The notes beneath the pieces are model-generated. The model had not been told where the DNA came from, made no database searches, and saw nothing but the letters and a program-made list of their open reading frames with translations. DNA of 64,000 nt, taken from positions 288,949 to 352,948 of the forward strand of contig CAZWJT010000001.1 of assembly GCA_964634935.1 (NCBI GenBank). The letters are read 5' to 3'. Both the position numbers and the translations under genes were made by a program. This DNA is from an uncultured Planctomycetia bacterium (lineage in GTDB: Bacteria > Omnitrophota > Gorgyraeia > Duberdicusellales > Duberdicusellaceae). Each line of letters begins with the position of its first letter. Within the stretch, counting starts at the first letter, position 1. Positions 28,639-39,274 of this stretch are shown here, one piece after another.

Positions 28639-30714
28639 CTATATACTTTCTTGCCAGAGTGCGCAATGGGCTTGAGCCTGCTTAACCTGCTCAGAAAGCA
28701 GAAGATGTTCACGCGAAGAAAGTTCAGGATCGCTCTTTATGATATGATAAGCGAAGAACCTCGCTTTCTTCATGGTTTCTAAATCATCGAGGGGAGTAAC
28801 GAGACTTTTTCCATGATAACCATGCTGAAACTTGCCAAAGATATCTCCGGGGCCGCGGAGCTTTAAGTCATGTTCAGAAATTACAAATCCATCTTGATTC
28901 TGAGTAAGAATCTGCAATCGCTCATAGGCTTCTTGGGGGATATCATCAGCGGCAACCATAAAAAAATACGACTGAAAGCTGGAACGCATGATCCTCCCGC
29001 GTAGCTGATGAAGTTGAGACAAGCCGAAGCGCTCAGGACTTTCAACAACCATGCACGTCGCGTTCGGAATATCCACCCCTACTTCCACTACCGAGGTAGT
29101 AACAAGCATATGGACGCTCCCTTTCTGAAAACCGTGAATCGTCTTTTCTTTTTGCTGTGCCGTCAATTCCCCATGCAAAAGCCCAAGACGAAAATCCTTA
29201 AATTCTTCACTCAATACTTCGTACATTGTTTCTGCCGAATAAACACTCGCCTCTCCGGAATCTTCTATTAAAGGACATACGACATATACTTGCCTTCCCT
29301 CGCGCATAAGCTTTTTTAAAACACCGTATACCGTGGACCGTTTCGATTCAAACACAAGCAAAGACTTGGGAAACACGCGGCCTTGCGGGTATGCATCGAT
29401 AATCGAAATATCCAAGTCGCCATAAATACTCAATGCCAGGCTGCGCGGAATTGGCGTTGCGGTCATAATAAGAATGTCCGGCCGTAAATCTTTCTGGTAC
29501 AGAACCAGCCTTTGCTCTACCCCAAAGCGCTGCTCCTCGTCAATCACTACAAGACCCAGATTCCTAAAAACAATCGTTTCTTCAAGGAGCGCGTGCGTTC
29601 CGACAATAATCCTACATGTGCCATCTTTTATTTTCCGAATCGCACCTTCTTTCTCCTCTGGAGTGAGACTTCCGGTCAAAATCTGCGAGACAATACCCAG
29701 TCCTTTGGCAAGCTTCTTAAAAGTCTCAAAATGCTGGCGTGCTACTATCTCTGTGGGAACTAAAAAAGCTGCCTGATAACCGGAACCTGCAGCAAGAATG
29801 CTTGCTAACCCGGCGACAATCGTCTTCCCGCTTCCCACGTCACCCTGAAGCAACCGGTACATCCGGTATGGAGAAAGCATATCATGAAGAATTTCTGAAA
29901 AAACTTTTTGCTGCGCATGGGTTAATTCAAAACCGAAATTCTTCCGGGCTTTTTCCAGCAATGCTTCATTAACACAATATACTACTTTTTTCTGGCTGCG
30001 GAAAGCGCGCTTTTGCCGATAAACCAAAATCTGGGATATGAAAAAATCTTCAAAGATAAATCTCCGGCGCGCCGCTTTAAGGCATTCCGGATCTTTGGGG
30101 AAATGCATCGCAAGCAGAGACTCAACAACATTAGTAAGCTTCAGTTCATTGCGTATCCCGAAAGGGATTGTTTCGATAAAGAACCGGGCGTATTGTTCAA
30201 GGGTAGTGAAAACAAGCCTCCGTAACAGCTTTTGGGTCAACCCTTGGGTTGAACTGTAAACTGGAACAATCCGCCCTGCGGTTAAAGAATCTCTGGCATC
30301 ATCCTCTTCAAACTCAGGACAAATAAATGCAAGTCTGCCGTTAAAATACTGGGGAACCCCAAAAAAAATAACCCGCATGCCTTTTTTGATATACTGGGTA
30401 ATATACGGCTGGTTAAACCAAAGAACGCTCAAAGACCCGCTCTCGTCTTCGCAGAAAGCTTCGACTTTGCTCTTGCGGCCGTAAAAAGCTCGAAGGGCTC
30501 GAATGTCTTTTATCGTTGCCTTTACAACCGCGGGTTCTCTGAGGATAAGTTCCTTGATTTTCTTGATAGCTCTGCGATCCTCATAGCGAAAAGGAAAATG
30601 ACAAAGGAGCTGTCGGACCGTAGAAATGCCAAGCCTTAAAAAGAGTTCTTCGCGCTTTGGACCAACTCCTTTCAGATAACGGATAGGAAGATTGATGTCC
30701 GGTTTAGACCCCAT
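28639..30714 (-). CDS. recG: ATP-dependent DNA helicase RecG.
   Basis: 691 aa. Wedge domain. Helicase motifs GDVGSGKT, DEEQRFG, TATPIPRS and QLRGR. Confidence 0.85.
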   Translation of the reverse strand: MGSKPDINLPIRYLKGVGPKREELFLRLGISTVRQLLCHFPFRYEDRRAIKKIKELILREPAVVKATIKDIRALRAFYGRKSKVEAFCEDESGSLSVLWFNQPYITQYIKKGMRVIFFGVPQYFNGRLAFICPEFEEDDARDSLTAGRIVPVYSSTQGLTQKLLRRLVFTTLEQYARFFIETIPFGIRNELKLTNVVESLLAMHFPKDPECLKAARRRFIFEDFFISQILVYRQKRAFRSQKKVVYCVNEALLEKARKNFGFELTHAQQKVFSEILHDMLSPYRMYRLLQGDVGSGKTIVAGLASILAAGSGYQAAFLVPTEIVARQHFETFKKLAKGLGIVSQILTGSLTPEEKEGAIRKIKDGTCRIIVGTHALLEETIVFRNLGLVVIDEEQRFGVEQRLVLYQKDLRPDILIMTATPIPRSLALSIYGDLDISIIDAYPQGRVFPKSLLVFESKRSTVYGVLKKLMREGRQVYVVCPLIEDSGEASVYSAETMYEVLSEEFKDFRLGLLHGELTAQQKEKTIHGFQKGSVHMLVTTSVVEVGVDIPNATCMVVESPERFGLSQLHQLRGRIMRSSFQSYFFMVAADDIPQEAYERLQILTQNQDGFVISEHDLKLRGPGDIFGKFQHGYHGKSLVTPLDDLETMKKARFFAYHIIKSDPELSSREHLLLSEQVKQAQAHCALWQESI

Positions 30715-30727
30715 ACTGAAGCATGCT

Positions 30728-30756
30728 CCATGAAAATTATAGAGATATTACCAAAA
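30728..30756 (-). promoter_or_regulatory. Candidate sigma70 promoter for recG. On the minus strand: TCGACA, 17-nt spacer, TATAAT.
   Basis: Read in the reverse complement of 30715-30822. GGAG lies 12 nt upstream of the recG ATG. Confidence 0.3.
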
Positions 30757-30822
30757 TTTGTCGAGAAAATAAATAAAGAACGGCGAACCAGCATTCTGCC
30801 TTGCAAAAGCAAACGCTGAGGA

Positions 30823-32013
30823 TTATTTATTCTTACGGAAAAAAATAGCAAAAGGAAGACCAAGAAAAAACATTTTGCCCAAAATGTCAAACGTAGGCTC
30901 TGAAACAAACCCCGAGGGAGCATTGGTAGTGGTGGCTAAGTCACCTAAATGCGAGTATGTAAGATACACATAATCGTTATACATTTGAAGCGAAGTGTTA
31001 CTCGGCAAACCGCCCCAGAAAGAAACACTGGTGTACAAAACCTCCAATTCCCAGCCTGTGCCGTTAAAATAGGCAAGGTTGAGATTGTAAGCTCCGGAAC
31101 CTGTTCCGCTTTCATCCGTGACATAACTGATGTAAGCATACCCTCGAGAATCCAAAGCCAAAGAAGAGTAATAACCGGTAGCAAAGGCTGAATCCACTAA
31201 ACTCATGGTCCATCCTGTACCGTTATAGGCAGCGTAGTAAAGATCATTCGCGGTAGTGTCCCTATAGCTAACCCTTCCATAGCCTTGAGCATCAAGCACA
31301 AAAGACACCTGGTCAAAGTTACGGCTGCTGTCAACAGTTGTAAAAGACCATCCTGTACCGTTAAAATTCGCGTACATAAGATCTCCGCTGTCGCGGACAT
31401 ATACAATCTGCGCGTACCCTTGTTCGTTGAGTGCAATTGCGGTCTGCTCAGACAGAACGTTAGCTTGATCATCCAAAGAAGTATGGGTCCAGCCTGTACC
31501 GTTGAATACGGAATATACCAAACCAGAGCCAAAATCATTGTAAAAACTTATGTGCGCGTAGCCTTGTAAGTCAAGCGCTAAAGATGAAGCGTACCCATCA
31601 TAACGATCATAGCTTGTTTTTGAAATATTCCAACCCGTTCCGTTAAACCAGGCATATTTTAAATCAGCTGCCATCTCATCAAGATAACTTATGTGCGCAT
31701 AACCAGAAGCATCGAGTTCGAGAGAACTATACTTTCCCACTGATCCTGCAGAATCAACAAGAACAGTATTCCAAGTTGTTCCGTCAAAAAACGCGTACTT
31801 TAAATCCTTTTGGAAAGCAGTATTATTGTCATAATAACTTACGTGGACAAAACCATTCTGGTCAATCGCAAGTGACATATATTGTGCATCAACCGTGCTG
31901 TCGACAATATTTTCCGTCCAGGCAGCGTAGGCGGCTGTGGGTTCTAAAAAAAGGTTGTGGGGAAAGAAAAAAAAGAATATCCCGATGAAGACGCTAAGCG
32001 GTTTGATACGCAT
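30823..32013 (-). CDS. Secreted repeat protein with about seven ~46-aa FNGTGW-type repeats (beta-propeller-like) and a PEP-CTERM-like C-terminal sorting signal. The start is set at MRIKPL.
   Basis: Signal peptide ending AAYA-AW. Repeats of the form YAxFNGTGW...VDS...SLALD..GYAHISY. C-terminus VSEPTFDILGKMFFLGLPFAIFFRKNK (PEP-like motif, TM helix, basic tail). Confidence 0.55.
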   Translation of the reverse strand: MRIKPLSVFIGIFFFFFPHNLFLEPTAAYAAWTENIVDSTVDAQYMSLAIDQNGFVHVSYYDNNTAFQKDLKYAFFDGTTWNTVLVDSAGSVGKYSSLELDASGYAHISYLDEMAADLKYAWFNGTGWNISKTSYDRYDGYASSLALDLQGYAHISFYNDFGSGLVYSVFNGTGWTHTSLDDQANVLSEQTAIALNEQGYAQIVYVRDSGDLMYANFNGTGWSFTTVDSSRNFDQVSFVLDAQGYGRVSYRDTTANDLYYAAYNGTGWTMSLVDSAFATGYYSSLALDSRGYAYISYVTDESGTGSGAYNLNLAYFNGTGWELEVLYTSVSFWGGLPSNTSLQMYNDYVYLTYSHLGDLATTTNAPSGFVSEPTFDILGKMFFLGLPFAIFFRKNK

Positions 32014-32316
32014 AGAGAAAGCATACCACAAAAGAAATAAAACGGAAAGACATACATACGATAATACCTGTTGCATGATTTCGGGGGTAGGTTTTAGGAT
32101 ATAGGAAGTAGCGTGAAAAGAAAACAATTCTGTTCATGAAACCATACATAGTATCCGCTCGTTCTCTGCCGTAATTGGGAAACTTTATTTTTTGAGGATG
32201 GAAAGTTTCTTTCCCTGTAAATCAGAAAATACTATTGTTTTACAATGATACCACGCCCTTCATTGACAAACTGCAGTCACAAATGATACTGTGCGTAGAT
32301 GAACCAATGGGATGAC

Positions 32317-32775
32317 TCAGAAAGCGCGGCTATTGAGGATAAGATTAACCGGTCCGTCTTCGGTATTTTCAATATACATTTCTGCCCCAAATTTTCCTGA
32401 AACACACCGTATGCCCTTGTTTTTTATCTTTTCGATAAACGCTTCGAAAATATCGCGGGCTTCTGCTGGGGCCATTGCATTTTCAAATGAAGGCCTCCTT
32501 CCTTTCTCAGTCAAAGCGCAGAGGGTAAAGTTCGGAATGCACATACAATCATACGCTTTTTCTTTCAGGGAATAATGAAATTTTCCTTCCTGATTCTCAA
32601 AAATGCGGCAGTTAATTACCTTCTCGATCATTGGCCCAACAAGAGAAACCGTATCGCCCTGTTCAATACCAAGAAAGACAAGAAGCCCTTTGGCAATCTT
32701 TCCCTCCTCAAACAAAGCTCCATCCAGATTCCATAAAAGCCGCGCATTCTGTACACGCTTGATTAGTATTTTCAT
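32317..32775 (-). CDS. dtd: D-aminoacyl-tRNA deacylase.
   Basis: MKILIKRVQ start. GLLVFLGIEQGD. NFTL...RPSF motifs matching Dtd. Confidence 0.7.
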   Translation of the reverse strand: MKILIKRVQNARLLWNLDGALFEEGKIAKGLLVFLGIEQGDTVSLVGPMIEKVINCRIFENQEGKFHYSLKEKAYDCMCIPNFTLCALTEKGRRPSFENAMAPAEARDIFEAFIEKIKNKGIRCVSGKFGAEMYIENTEDGPVNLILNSRAF

Positions 32776-33695
32776 AATACCTCAGAACATCTTCCCTGGT
32801 AACTATTCCTCGCTTCTAATTCACGCTGAATATCCGAAATCACTCTTTGCTTCTCGTTCACCCAGGAAGGGGCGACCAGATACTTTTTATCCGCATCGGA
32901 AACAAGGCGTAAAATAACCATATTTTTTGGAAGTAACTCCAGGCAATCACATATCCAAGAAACATACGCATCGCGGGAAGAAACAGTTATTTTCCCCTCT
33001 TTATATCCAGATTCAAAAACCGTCCCGGAAAGAATATGGAACGCGTGAAACTTCACGCCATCAATAGAGTTCAAAGAAAGGAAGCGCATCGTTTGAAGCA
33101 TATCATCCCTTGTTTCATCGGGTAAACCCAGAATAACATGCGCAGCGACAAGAATTCCTTTTTCCTTAGCGTAAGATACCCACGCTGCAAAGTCATCCCG
33201 AGTATGGTTCCGATTAATCCGAATAAGCGTCTGGTTGTTTGCGCTCTGCAGTCCATATTCAATCCATACCATATGGGTACTCGCGTATCCGGCGATAAGA
33301 TCGATCTTCTCCCGGGAAAGAGAAATACTCTCAGGCCGGGTAGAAACCGACAGCCCGATAATTTCCGGATACTTTCTGATCGCATCAAACTTTTCCTGTA
33401 ACTCCTCGATTGGCGCGTAGGTCGAGGTAAATCCCTGAAAATAGGCGATAAACTTCCGAACACCAAACCGCTTCTTAAGCCGCAAAATGCTTTCTTCTAT
33501 CTGGGAAGTAATTTCTTTTTCCGAATAGGCGTAGCGGTTAAAAGCACGATTGTTGCAAAAAAAACATCCCTGATTACTCAAAGTTCCGTCAATATTTGGA
33601 CAGGAAAATCCGCCATCGAGACTGAGCTTGTGCACTCGCTCTCCGTATCCTGTTTGCAAGAAATCATTGAAGGAAAGATAGCGGTTCTTCATCAC
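32772..33695 (-). CDS. Radical SAM protein of the TIGR01212 family.
   Basis: N-terminal CPNIDGTLSNQGCFFC cluster and a TIM-barrel-like remainder. Confidence 0.6.
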   Translation of the reverse strand: MMKNRYLSFNDFLQTGYGERVHKLSLDGGFSCPNIDGTLSNQGCFFCNNRAFNRYAYSEKEITSQIEESILRLKKRFGVRKFIAYFQGFTSTYAPIEELQEKFDAIRKYPEIIGLSVSTRPESISLSREKIDLIAGYASTHMVWIEYGLQSANNQTLIRINRNHTRDDFAAWVSYAKEKGILVAAHVILGLPDETRDDMLQTMRFLSLNSIDGVKFHAFHILSGTVFESGYKEGKITVSSRDAYVSWICDCLELLPKNMVILRLVSDADKKYLVAPSWVNEKQRVISDIQRELEARNSYQGRCSEVL

Positions 33696-34243
33696 ATTCT
33701 TGCGACACGCCTGTTGCGTTCAATCAGACTGTATGCGCATCCGCAATAGTCCTGTCTCCGTATTCCGAGTGCACGCGCACGAACAAGGGATTCTTGAAAT
33801 CCTGCTTTCTTCTTAAAATCGCGCTCAAGAAACATACTGCTTCCGATGCCTCGCCCTATCGTATTTATAAGAACACTGCTTTTATGGGGACTCACGCTGA
33901 GGGTGGTAGTAAAAAAATCAAATTTGTGCTCTTGGGCAAATTGCAATACCCGCGCAAGTCGCATACGAAAGCAAAGGTGGCAGCGTTCTCCTTGTTCCGG
34001 AGTATGCGAAAATGGCTTCACCGTTTTAAACCACTCCCGGACGTCATATTCGCCGTAATGCACCGGGCATTCGTAATGACCCGTGATAATTGCAAGATCG
34101 GCTTGACGCGCATCGTACTCTTTGCGGGGATGGATATTGGGATTATAAAAAAAACCCTCCACGGAAAATCCTTCTGCGCGTAAACGTTCAATGCAGATAC
34201 TCGCGCACCCTACGCAACAGATATGGAGAAGAACTCTTTTCAT
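33692..34243 (-). CDS. queH: Epoxyqueuosine reductase QueH (DUF208).
   Basis: LLHICCVGCAS N-terminal motif plus further conserved Cys. Size about 180 aa. Confidence 0.6.
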   Translation of the reverse strand: MKRVLLHICCVGCASICIERLRAEGFSVEGFFYNPNIHPRKEYDARQADLAIITGHYECPVHYGEYDVREWFKTVKPFSHTPEQGERCHLCFRMRLARVLQFAQEHKFDFFTTTLSVSPHKSSVLINTIGRGIGSSMFLERDFKKKAGFQESLVRARALGIRRQDYCGCAYSLIERNRRVARM

Positions 34244-34250
34244 AGCGCCG

Positions 34251-34883
34251 CTATGCGCTTAATAAAGCAGTGAAACTTGAGTAAGCCTTGGCAGGATGTT
34301 TGTCTTTTAATATGGCACTACCCACACAGATATAATCAACCCCTGAAGCTGAAACTTCTTTTACATTGGAAAGTTTCACTCCCCCGTCAATGCCTAGGGA
34401 AAGTTTGTGTTTCCTCTGAAACAATTTGATCTTTTCAAGCACCTCCGGAACAAAGGGCGCTCCGTAAAACCCCGGAATCACTGACATGAACAAGACTGAA
34501 TCAACGGCATCCGCATAGGGCGTTAGCGTTTCCAGAGGCGTCCCGGGATTTATGGCCAGACCTACCTTAAGACCTTGGTCTCTTACCGCCCGAATGACAT
34601 CGGAAATATTTTGCGATATTTCGACGTGGAAAATAATGTGCTGAGCTCCAAATTTCCTGCATGGCTCTATCCACTCCAGCGGATCACAAACCATAAGATG
34701 AACTTCAGTGTAAACTTTTGCACTCAAACTACTGAGATCATTGCTTCTGATGCTGGTTGAAGCAACAAAATTCCCATCCATAATATCGACCTGCACATGT
34801 GCACAAAACGACGCAGTCGTATCAAGCATCAAGTGAAACTCTTCGCGGCTGCTGGTGAGAATCGCCGGAACTATCTGTTTCAT
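34251..34883 (-). CDS. rpe: Ribulose-phosphate 3-epimerase.
   Basis: IVPAILTS...HVQVDIMDGNFV motif. TIM-barrel size. Confidence 0.7.
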   Translation of the reverse strand: MKQIVPAILTSSREEFHLMLDTTASFCAHVQVDIMDGNFVASTSIRSNDLSSLSAKVYTEVHLMVCDPLEWIEPCRKFGAQHIIFHVEISQNISDVIRAVRDQGLKVGLAINPGTPLETLTPYADAVDSVLFMSVIPGFYGAPFVPEVLEKIKLFQRKHKLSLGIDGGVKLSNVKEVSASGVDYICVGSAILKDKHPAKAYSSFTALLSA

Positions 34884-34971
34884 AAATTGGTATTATAGTA
34901 AGAAGTGGAAGATTATCAACAGAAAACACCAATCGTGGTCAAAATCATTATTTTGGTTTTTCTCAACGACA

Positions 34972-35048
34972 TGGTGGGCGGCGCAGGAGTCGAACCTGCG
35001 ACATCTTCCTTGTAAGGGAAGCGCTCTAGCCAGCTGAGCTAGCCGCCC
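34972..35048 (-). tRNA. tRNA-Val (anticodon UAC), with CCA encoded.
   Basis: Reverse complement GGGCGGCTAGCTCAGCTGG...CTTCC-CTTACAA-GGAAG...GGTTCGACTCCTGCGCCGCCCACCA folds as a cloverleaf. The anticodon loop CU-UAC-AA gives UAC. Confidence 0.85.
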
Positions 35049-35101
35049 AAAAGGTTGTTTCAGTATAAAAGATTATTTAAAAAAATCAAGGGAAATGCCG
35101 C

Positions 35102-35542
35102 TTACGGCTTGGGAATCCCAATGAGCGTAAACACCATTACAAAGATAGCAACGGTTTCAATAATACCCAGCACCATCAGATAGTTGCCAAAACCTTTTCC
35201 TGTCTCACCCAAAGCATCCGCAGCCGCGGCTCCGGCTTTACCCTGAAGCCAGGCAGATGCAGCAAGGGCGATACCGGCAAAGCCTCCCAGAATTATCTGA
35301 TAGAGATAACTCTCTGGCGGCAAATTTGCAGCCCGGATAGCATTCCGTACTATCATTCCGTAGACGGTTTGAGAAAGCGGAGCACCAACAAAAGCAATCA
35401 TAATAAAGGGGGCAGCCTTATTCTGTAAATAGGCTTTTTTCCAAGCTCCCACCGCCGCCATAGCCGCAGCTCCAGCCCCAAGAGCTGAACCAACCGCCGC
35501 TAATGCAATTGAAAGACTCATATCACCAAAGCCACTCACCAT
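35102..35542 (-). CDS. atpK: V/A-type ATPase proteolipid subunit K.
   Basis: Gly/Ala-rich four-helix hydrophobic protein, last gene of the V-ATPase operon. Confidence 0.7.
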   Translation of the reverse strand: MVSGFGDMSLSIALAAVGSALGAGAAAMAAVGAWKKAYLQNKAAPFIMIAFVGAPLSQTVYGMIVRNAIRAANLPPESYLYQIILGGFAGIALAASAWLQGKAGAAAADALGETGKGFGNYLMVLGIIETVAIFVMVFTLIGIPKP

Positions 35543-35543
35543 A

Positions 35544-37352
35544 CTACCCTCCTCTGTTTAAACTTTCTTGGTTTTCCTCTTCTTTAAAAGGCAGGTAAGA
35601 CTTTCCTGACCATTGCATACCAAGGTGCCCAGAAAATTCAAGCATATTAAGCCGAATCCCATGCACGATAACTGCCATGCAGGCAAGCGCGATGTTCAAG
35701 GCATGGCCAAGAAACAATATACACGCAGCCCCCAAGCCGGAAAGCACCGTGCCGAATCCGGCAGAAAGCCCCATATTATTAAAAGTGCTGGCAACAATGA
35801 CCGAAGCCGTTCCAACAGCGAAAAGACGCAGGTAAGAAACAATATCGCCGAAAGAACTGATGATTTTCAGCGGAGCGTCAATGAGCGATGCAGCTATGGC
35901 TTTTAAGATATTTTTTTCTGGGCTTGAGAAAAGCAGTACCAAGGCGATCCCGACAATGAAAAAGTATTTCCCAAACACAGGAAAAGGATTATTGAGAATA
36001 AGCGTCCCGGCTAAAAAAAACATTCCCCAGAGAATCGATATCCAGCCCGCCTCAGCCAGCGCTCCCTTTGAATTGATGACCCGGAGCGCCAACAGAAGAT
36101 GGGCAATACTCAAATGCACAACACCGATAACAAAGCAAAAATAAATGACGAAATTTTGGCTTAATTCGGAAAAACTGTATAATTTATCAATAATGAGGAC
36201 TTTGAAAAATGGCAGGCGAGCGATTTGTTCAAATCCAAACCAAGTTCCGGTTACCGCTCCCCAGATAATCGTTGAACAGCTGAGAAGATAAAGTAAAAAG
36301 AACGGCTCAGGCGGAGCATTCCGTACTTTTCGATGGATAAAAAAGGTAAGAAACAGAAATAATAATCCATATCCGCCATCACCAACAATCATCGCGAAGA
36401 AAAGGCTGAAAAATACAAGAAACCAGAAACTAATATCAAACTCTTGGTATCCAGGCACAGTGTTCATAAAACGAAATACAGGATCGATAATCCGTATCCA
36501 GGGAGGATTTTCAACCAACGTAGGAACCTCTTCAGGACTGCCCGGATCTTCTATCAAATAACCGGCATGAAACCCCTTTGCTTCAGCAACCAGGTTTTTT
36601 AACCCAGAAACCGGACAAAAACCCTCGAGATAGGAAAAAACACCCTCTTGCTGCATCGTATGCTTTACGGTTAAAAATTTCAATTTTTCCCCAAGAGTAC
36701 GCAGATGGATAGAAAATATCTTCTGCAAACAACCTTGTTCCTTCAGAGAAGTTTCAAGCTTCGTTTTCTTAGCCCGAAGAACGTGCTGAAGATATCGTAA
36801 TTCATCGGCAGATCTTTTTGGAAGAAGAACTTCGTCATACTCAAAATCGGCTTCCGTATGCAGAGAAAGAGAAACGGCAAAAACACTGTTCTTTACCGTC
36901 CGAATGACCTGTAAGCTACCGGCCTTTGCTTTTTTCCATTGCTGCTTGGTTAAATGGAAAAGTCTCACATAAATTCCCGAAGAACGTAGAGACACAATTT
37001 CCTGAGGATTAAAATCACCCCATGGCGCAAACCAGAGAAGCTGTGTCTGCAGATCGGATAATTCATTATCGAGCATTCGATATTCACGATCGAATTCAAT
37101 AATTTCTCGGGCTTTTTGCTTGGCATCTTCATAGGAAAGGCTTAGCTGCATGCCCGAACCACAGTGTGCAGAAATTACATCAGCCGCTTTCTTAAAAAGC
37201 GCGTAATCCTGCTCCAGGCGTTGGACATGTTCCGGAAGAGCAGGACAGCTTTCCCGGATATGCAAGACGCCAAGCTTTCGTAACGCGAGAAGAAAATTAT
37301 CGCGCTCGTTCTCAGCGACAAAAAGAGTGATTTTCTTCATCCGGACAATCAC
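35544..37352 (-). CDS. atpI: V/A-type ATPase subunit I (a-subunit, 116-kDa homolog).
   Basis: 602 aa: an N-terminal soluble coiled-coil half followed by a multi-TM C-terminal half. Confidence 0.7.
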   Translation of the reverse strand: MIVRMKKITLFVAENERDNFLLALRKLGVLHIRESCPALPEHVQRLEQDYALFKKAADVISAHCGSGMQLSLSYEDAKQKAREIIEFDREYRMLDNELSDLQTQLLWFAPWGDFNPQEIVSLRSSGIYVRLFHLTKQQWKKAKAGSLQVIRTVKNSVFAVSLSLHTEADFEYDEVLLPKRSADELRYLQHVLRAKKTKLETSLKEQGCLQKIFSIHLRTLGEKLKFLTVKHTMQQEGVFSYLEGFCPVSGLKNLVAEAKGFHAGYLIEDPGSPEEVPTLVENPPWIRIIDPVFRFMNTVPGYQEFDISFWFLVFFSLFFAMIVGDGGYGLLFLFLTFFIHRKVRNAPPEPFFLLYLLSCSTIIWGAVTGTWFGFEQIARLPFFKVLIIDKLYSFSELSQNFVIYFCFVIGVVHLSIAHLLLALRVINSKGALAEAGWISILWGMFFLAGTLILNNPFPVFGKYFFIVGIALVLLFSSPEKNILKAIAASLIDAPLKIISSFGDIVSYLRLFAVGTASVIVASTFNNMGLSAGFGTVLSGLGAACILFLGHALNIALACMAVIVHGIRLNMLEFSGHLGMQWSGKSYLPFKEEENQESLNRGG

Positions 37353-37966
37353 GCAACAACCTCCTGCAATGCCTCTTTACGCTGGATATTCGATTTTGCG
37401 ATTTTACCGGTTACTACTGCCGCGGTCCGAACATCACCGAGATAAATTTGGATGCGGCGGATACATTCTCTCGTTTCGGGAATTTTGACTTTTTCAAAAA
37501 GATTCACCCGCTGCGTGGTAATTCTCAGTTCTTCCCGCAAAAGGGAAAGTTGCTTTTCGAGAATGATAAATTCAATCTTTAACGTAACCATATCCTTAAC
37601 GGCCTTCAGTCCATAATCCACCCAGAGAGGTACAAGCACCAAATCGTATTCTTCTTCTCGGAAACGAACATCCTGAAAAACAGGAATATCAATCCCGGCA
37701 ACATTGTTCTGGGCAGTTTCAACCCGCTCAACCCGCACAAGCCCGGTCAAATCAATCGTATCAGAAAAAAGCTCAATCCATTGGTCAACCTCAGATTGCA
37801 AGGTACGGATTGAATTTTGCATCGATTCTTGGAGACGCTGAATTTTTAAAATCTCAAGCTGTAATTGCTGTTTTTTAATCTGCAATGTCGGTAGATAACG
37901 GACAAAACGCTTCAGGGCGTCTTTCTGTTTTTTGAGCTCGTTTTTTGTAAGCTTAACTTTAATCAC
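37349..37966 (-). CDS. atpD: V/A-type ATPase subunit D.
   Basis: 205-aa coiled-coil protein starting MIKVKLTKNELKKQKDALKRF. Confidence 0.7.
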   Translation of the reverse strand: MIKVKLTKNELKKQKDALKRFVRYLPTLQIKKQQLQLEILKIQRLQESMQNSIRTLQSEVDQWIELFSDTIDLTGLVRVERVETAQNNVAGIDIPVFQDVRFREEEYDLVLVPLWVDYGLKAVKDMVTLKIEFIILEKQLSLLREELRITTQRVNLFEKVKIPETRECIRRIQIYLGDVRTAAVVTGKIAKSNIQRKEALQEVVA

Positions 37967-37977
37967 GTTAAAACGTT

Positions 37978-39270
37978 TTATTTCGGCCAGAATTTTTTAA
38001 GTAGATCCGTCCGAAAACTGGTTTCTTCCGGAGAAAAACAACTCGCGAGAATCTTCCAGCCGTTATCCAATGCTTCTTCCAACGGAATATTCACGCGTAA
38101 ATTCATCATTTGCTCTTCAAAGAGCCGTCCATACTTGAGAAGTTTTTTATCCCACTCGCTTGTCCTAAACCCCATAGACCTTTTTTCTTCCGCTTCCATG
38201 TATTGCGCATAGAGCTGTATCATCCCGTCCATGATTGCCCTATGGTCTTCACGAGTATCTTTGTTGACTAACTGCTTCAGACGGCTTAAAGAACCGAATG
38301 GCTCGATTCTTCCCTTACGCAGATAAAATTGTCCTTCCGTAATATACCCGGTATTATCCGGAACCGGATGGGTAACATCATCGCCGGGCATTGTAGTTAC
38401 AGCAAGAATAGTAATGGAACCCGCCCCTTCGAAATCAACCGCCTTTTCATATCGCGAAGCAAGCTGGCTGTAAAGATCCCCGGGGTATCCCCTGTTCGAT
38501 GGCACCTGCTCCATGGTAATAGCTATTTCTTTAAGCGCGTCGGAAAAATTAGTCATATCAGTAAGAAGCACCAGCACTCTTTTTCCTTCAAGGGCGAACT
38601 TCTCAGCCACTGCCAGAGAAAGATCAGGAACCATCAACCCTTCAACAATAGGATCAGACGCCGTATGCACAAAAAATATGGTCCGGCTGAGTGCTCCGCC
38701 CTCTTCCAGGGCATCTTTAAAATAGATGTACTGATCATATTTAAGGCCGATACCGCCCAGAATAATCATATCGACTTCCGCTTGGAGAGCGATTCGAGCG
38801 ATCAATTCATTATAAGGCTCTCCAGACACTGAAAATACCGGAAGCTTCTGTGATTCCACAAGAGAGTTAAAAATATCGATCATCGGGATATTCGTACGAA
38901 TCATCCGGCGCGGGATAATCCGTTTTGCCGGATTCACCGCGGGGCCAGCAATTTCAGTAAGATTCTCGGTAACCGGAGAACCGTTATCCCGAGGCATGCC
39001 ACTTCCGTTGAAAATACGCCCAAGCATCGCCGGAGAAAATCCGACACGCATCGGATCGCCCAGAAAACGCACCTCATCACCCGTAGAGATTCCCCGAGAG
39101 CCCGCGAAAACTTGAAGATATACCAGATCTCCATCAAGCCGAATTACTTGAGCTAAAGATTTTCCGCGGCTGCTGGTGATTTCAGCAAGCTCCTCATAAG
39201 CCACATGCTCTGCGCGGACAGTGATAACATTACCAACGATACTCAGGATTTTCGTGCATACTTTTTTCAT
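37978..39270 (-). CDS. atpB: V/A-type ATPase subunit B.
   Basis: [34 protein letters not shown] motif characteristic of the V-type B subunit. Confidence 0.85.
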   Translation of the reverse strand: MKKVCTKILSIVGNVITVRAEHVAYEELAEITSSRGKSLAQVIRLDGDLVYLQVFAGSRGISTGDEVRFLGDPMRVGFSPAMLGRIFNGSGMPRDNGSPVTENLTEIAGPAVNPAKRIIPRRMIRTNIPMIDIFNSLVESQKLPVFSVSGEPYNELIARIALQAEVDMIILGGIGLKYDQYIYFKDALEEGGALSRTIFFVHTASDPIVEGLMVPDLSLAVAEKFALEGKRVLVLLTDMTNFSDALKEIAITMEQVPSNRGYPGDLYSQLASRYEKAVDFEGAGSITILAVTTMPGDDVTHPVPDNTGYITEGQFYLRKGRIEPFGSLSRLKQLVNKDTREDHRAIMDGMIQLYAQYMEAEEKRSMGFRTSEWDKKLLKYGRLFEEQMMNLRVNIPLEEALDNGWKILASCFSPEETSFRTDLLKKFWPK

Positions 39271-39274
39271 ACTG

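Noticed and set aside
34972-35048. tRNA-Val and tRNA-Arg (53859-53933) as possible genomic-island integration sites.
   Set aside because: No integrase, recombinase, direct repeat of the tRNA 3' end, or compositional break is visible near either tRNA. Flanking genes are core metabolism (rpe, V-ATPase, carA).
35049-35110. Weak hairpin GCCG-UAAG-CGGC plus U-run after atpK. There is also a TTGATT/TATACT promoter-like pair upstream of tRNA-Val.
   Set aside because: The stem is only 4 bp and overlaps the atpK stop codon. The promoter hexamers are plausible but unremarkable, so I report neither as a feature.
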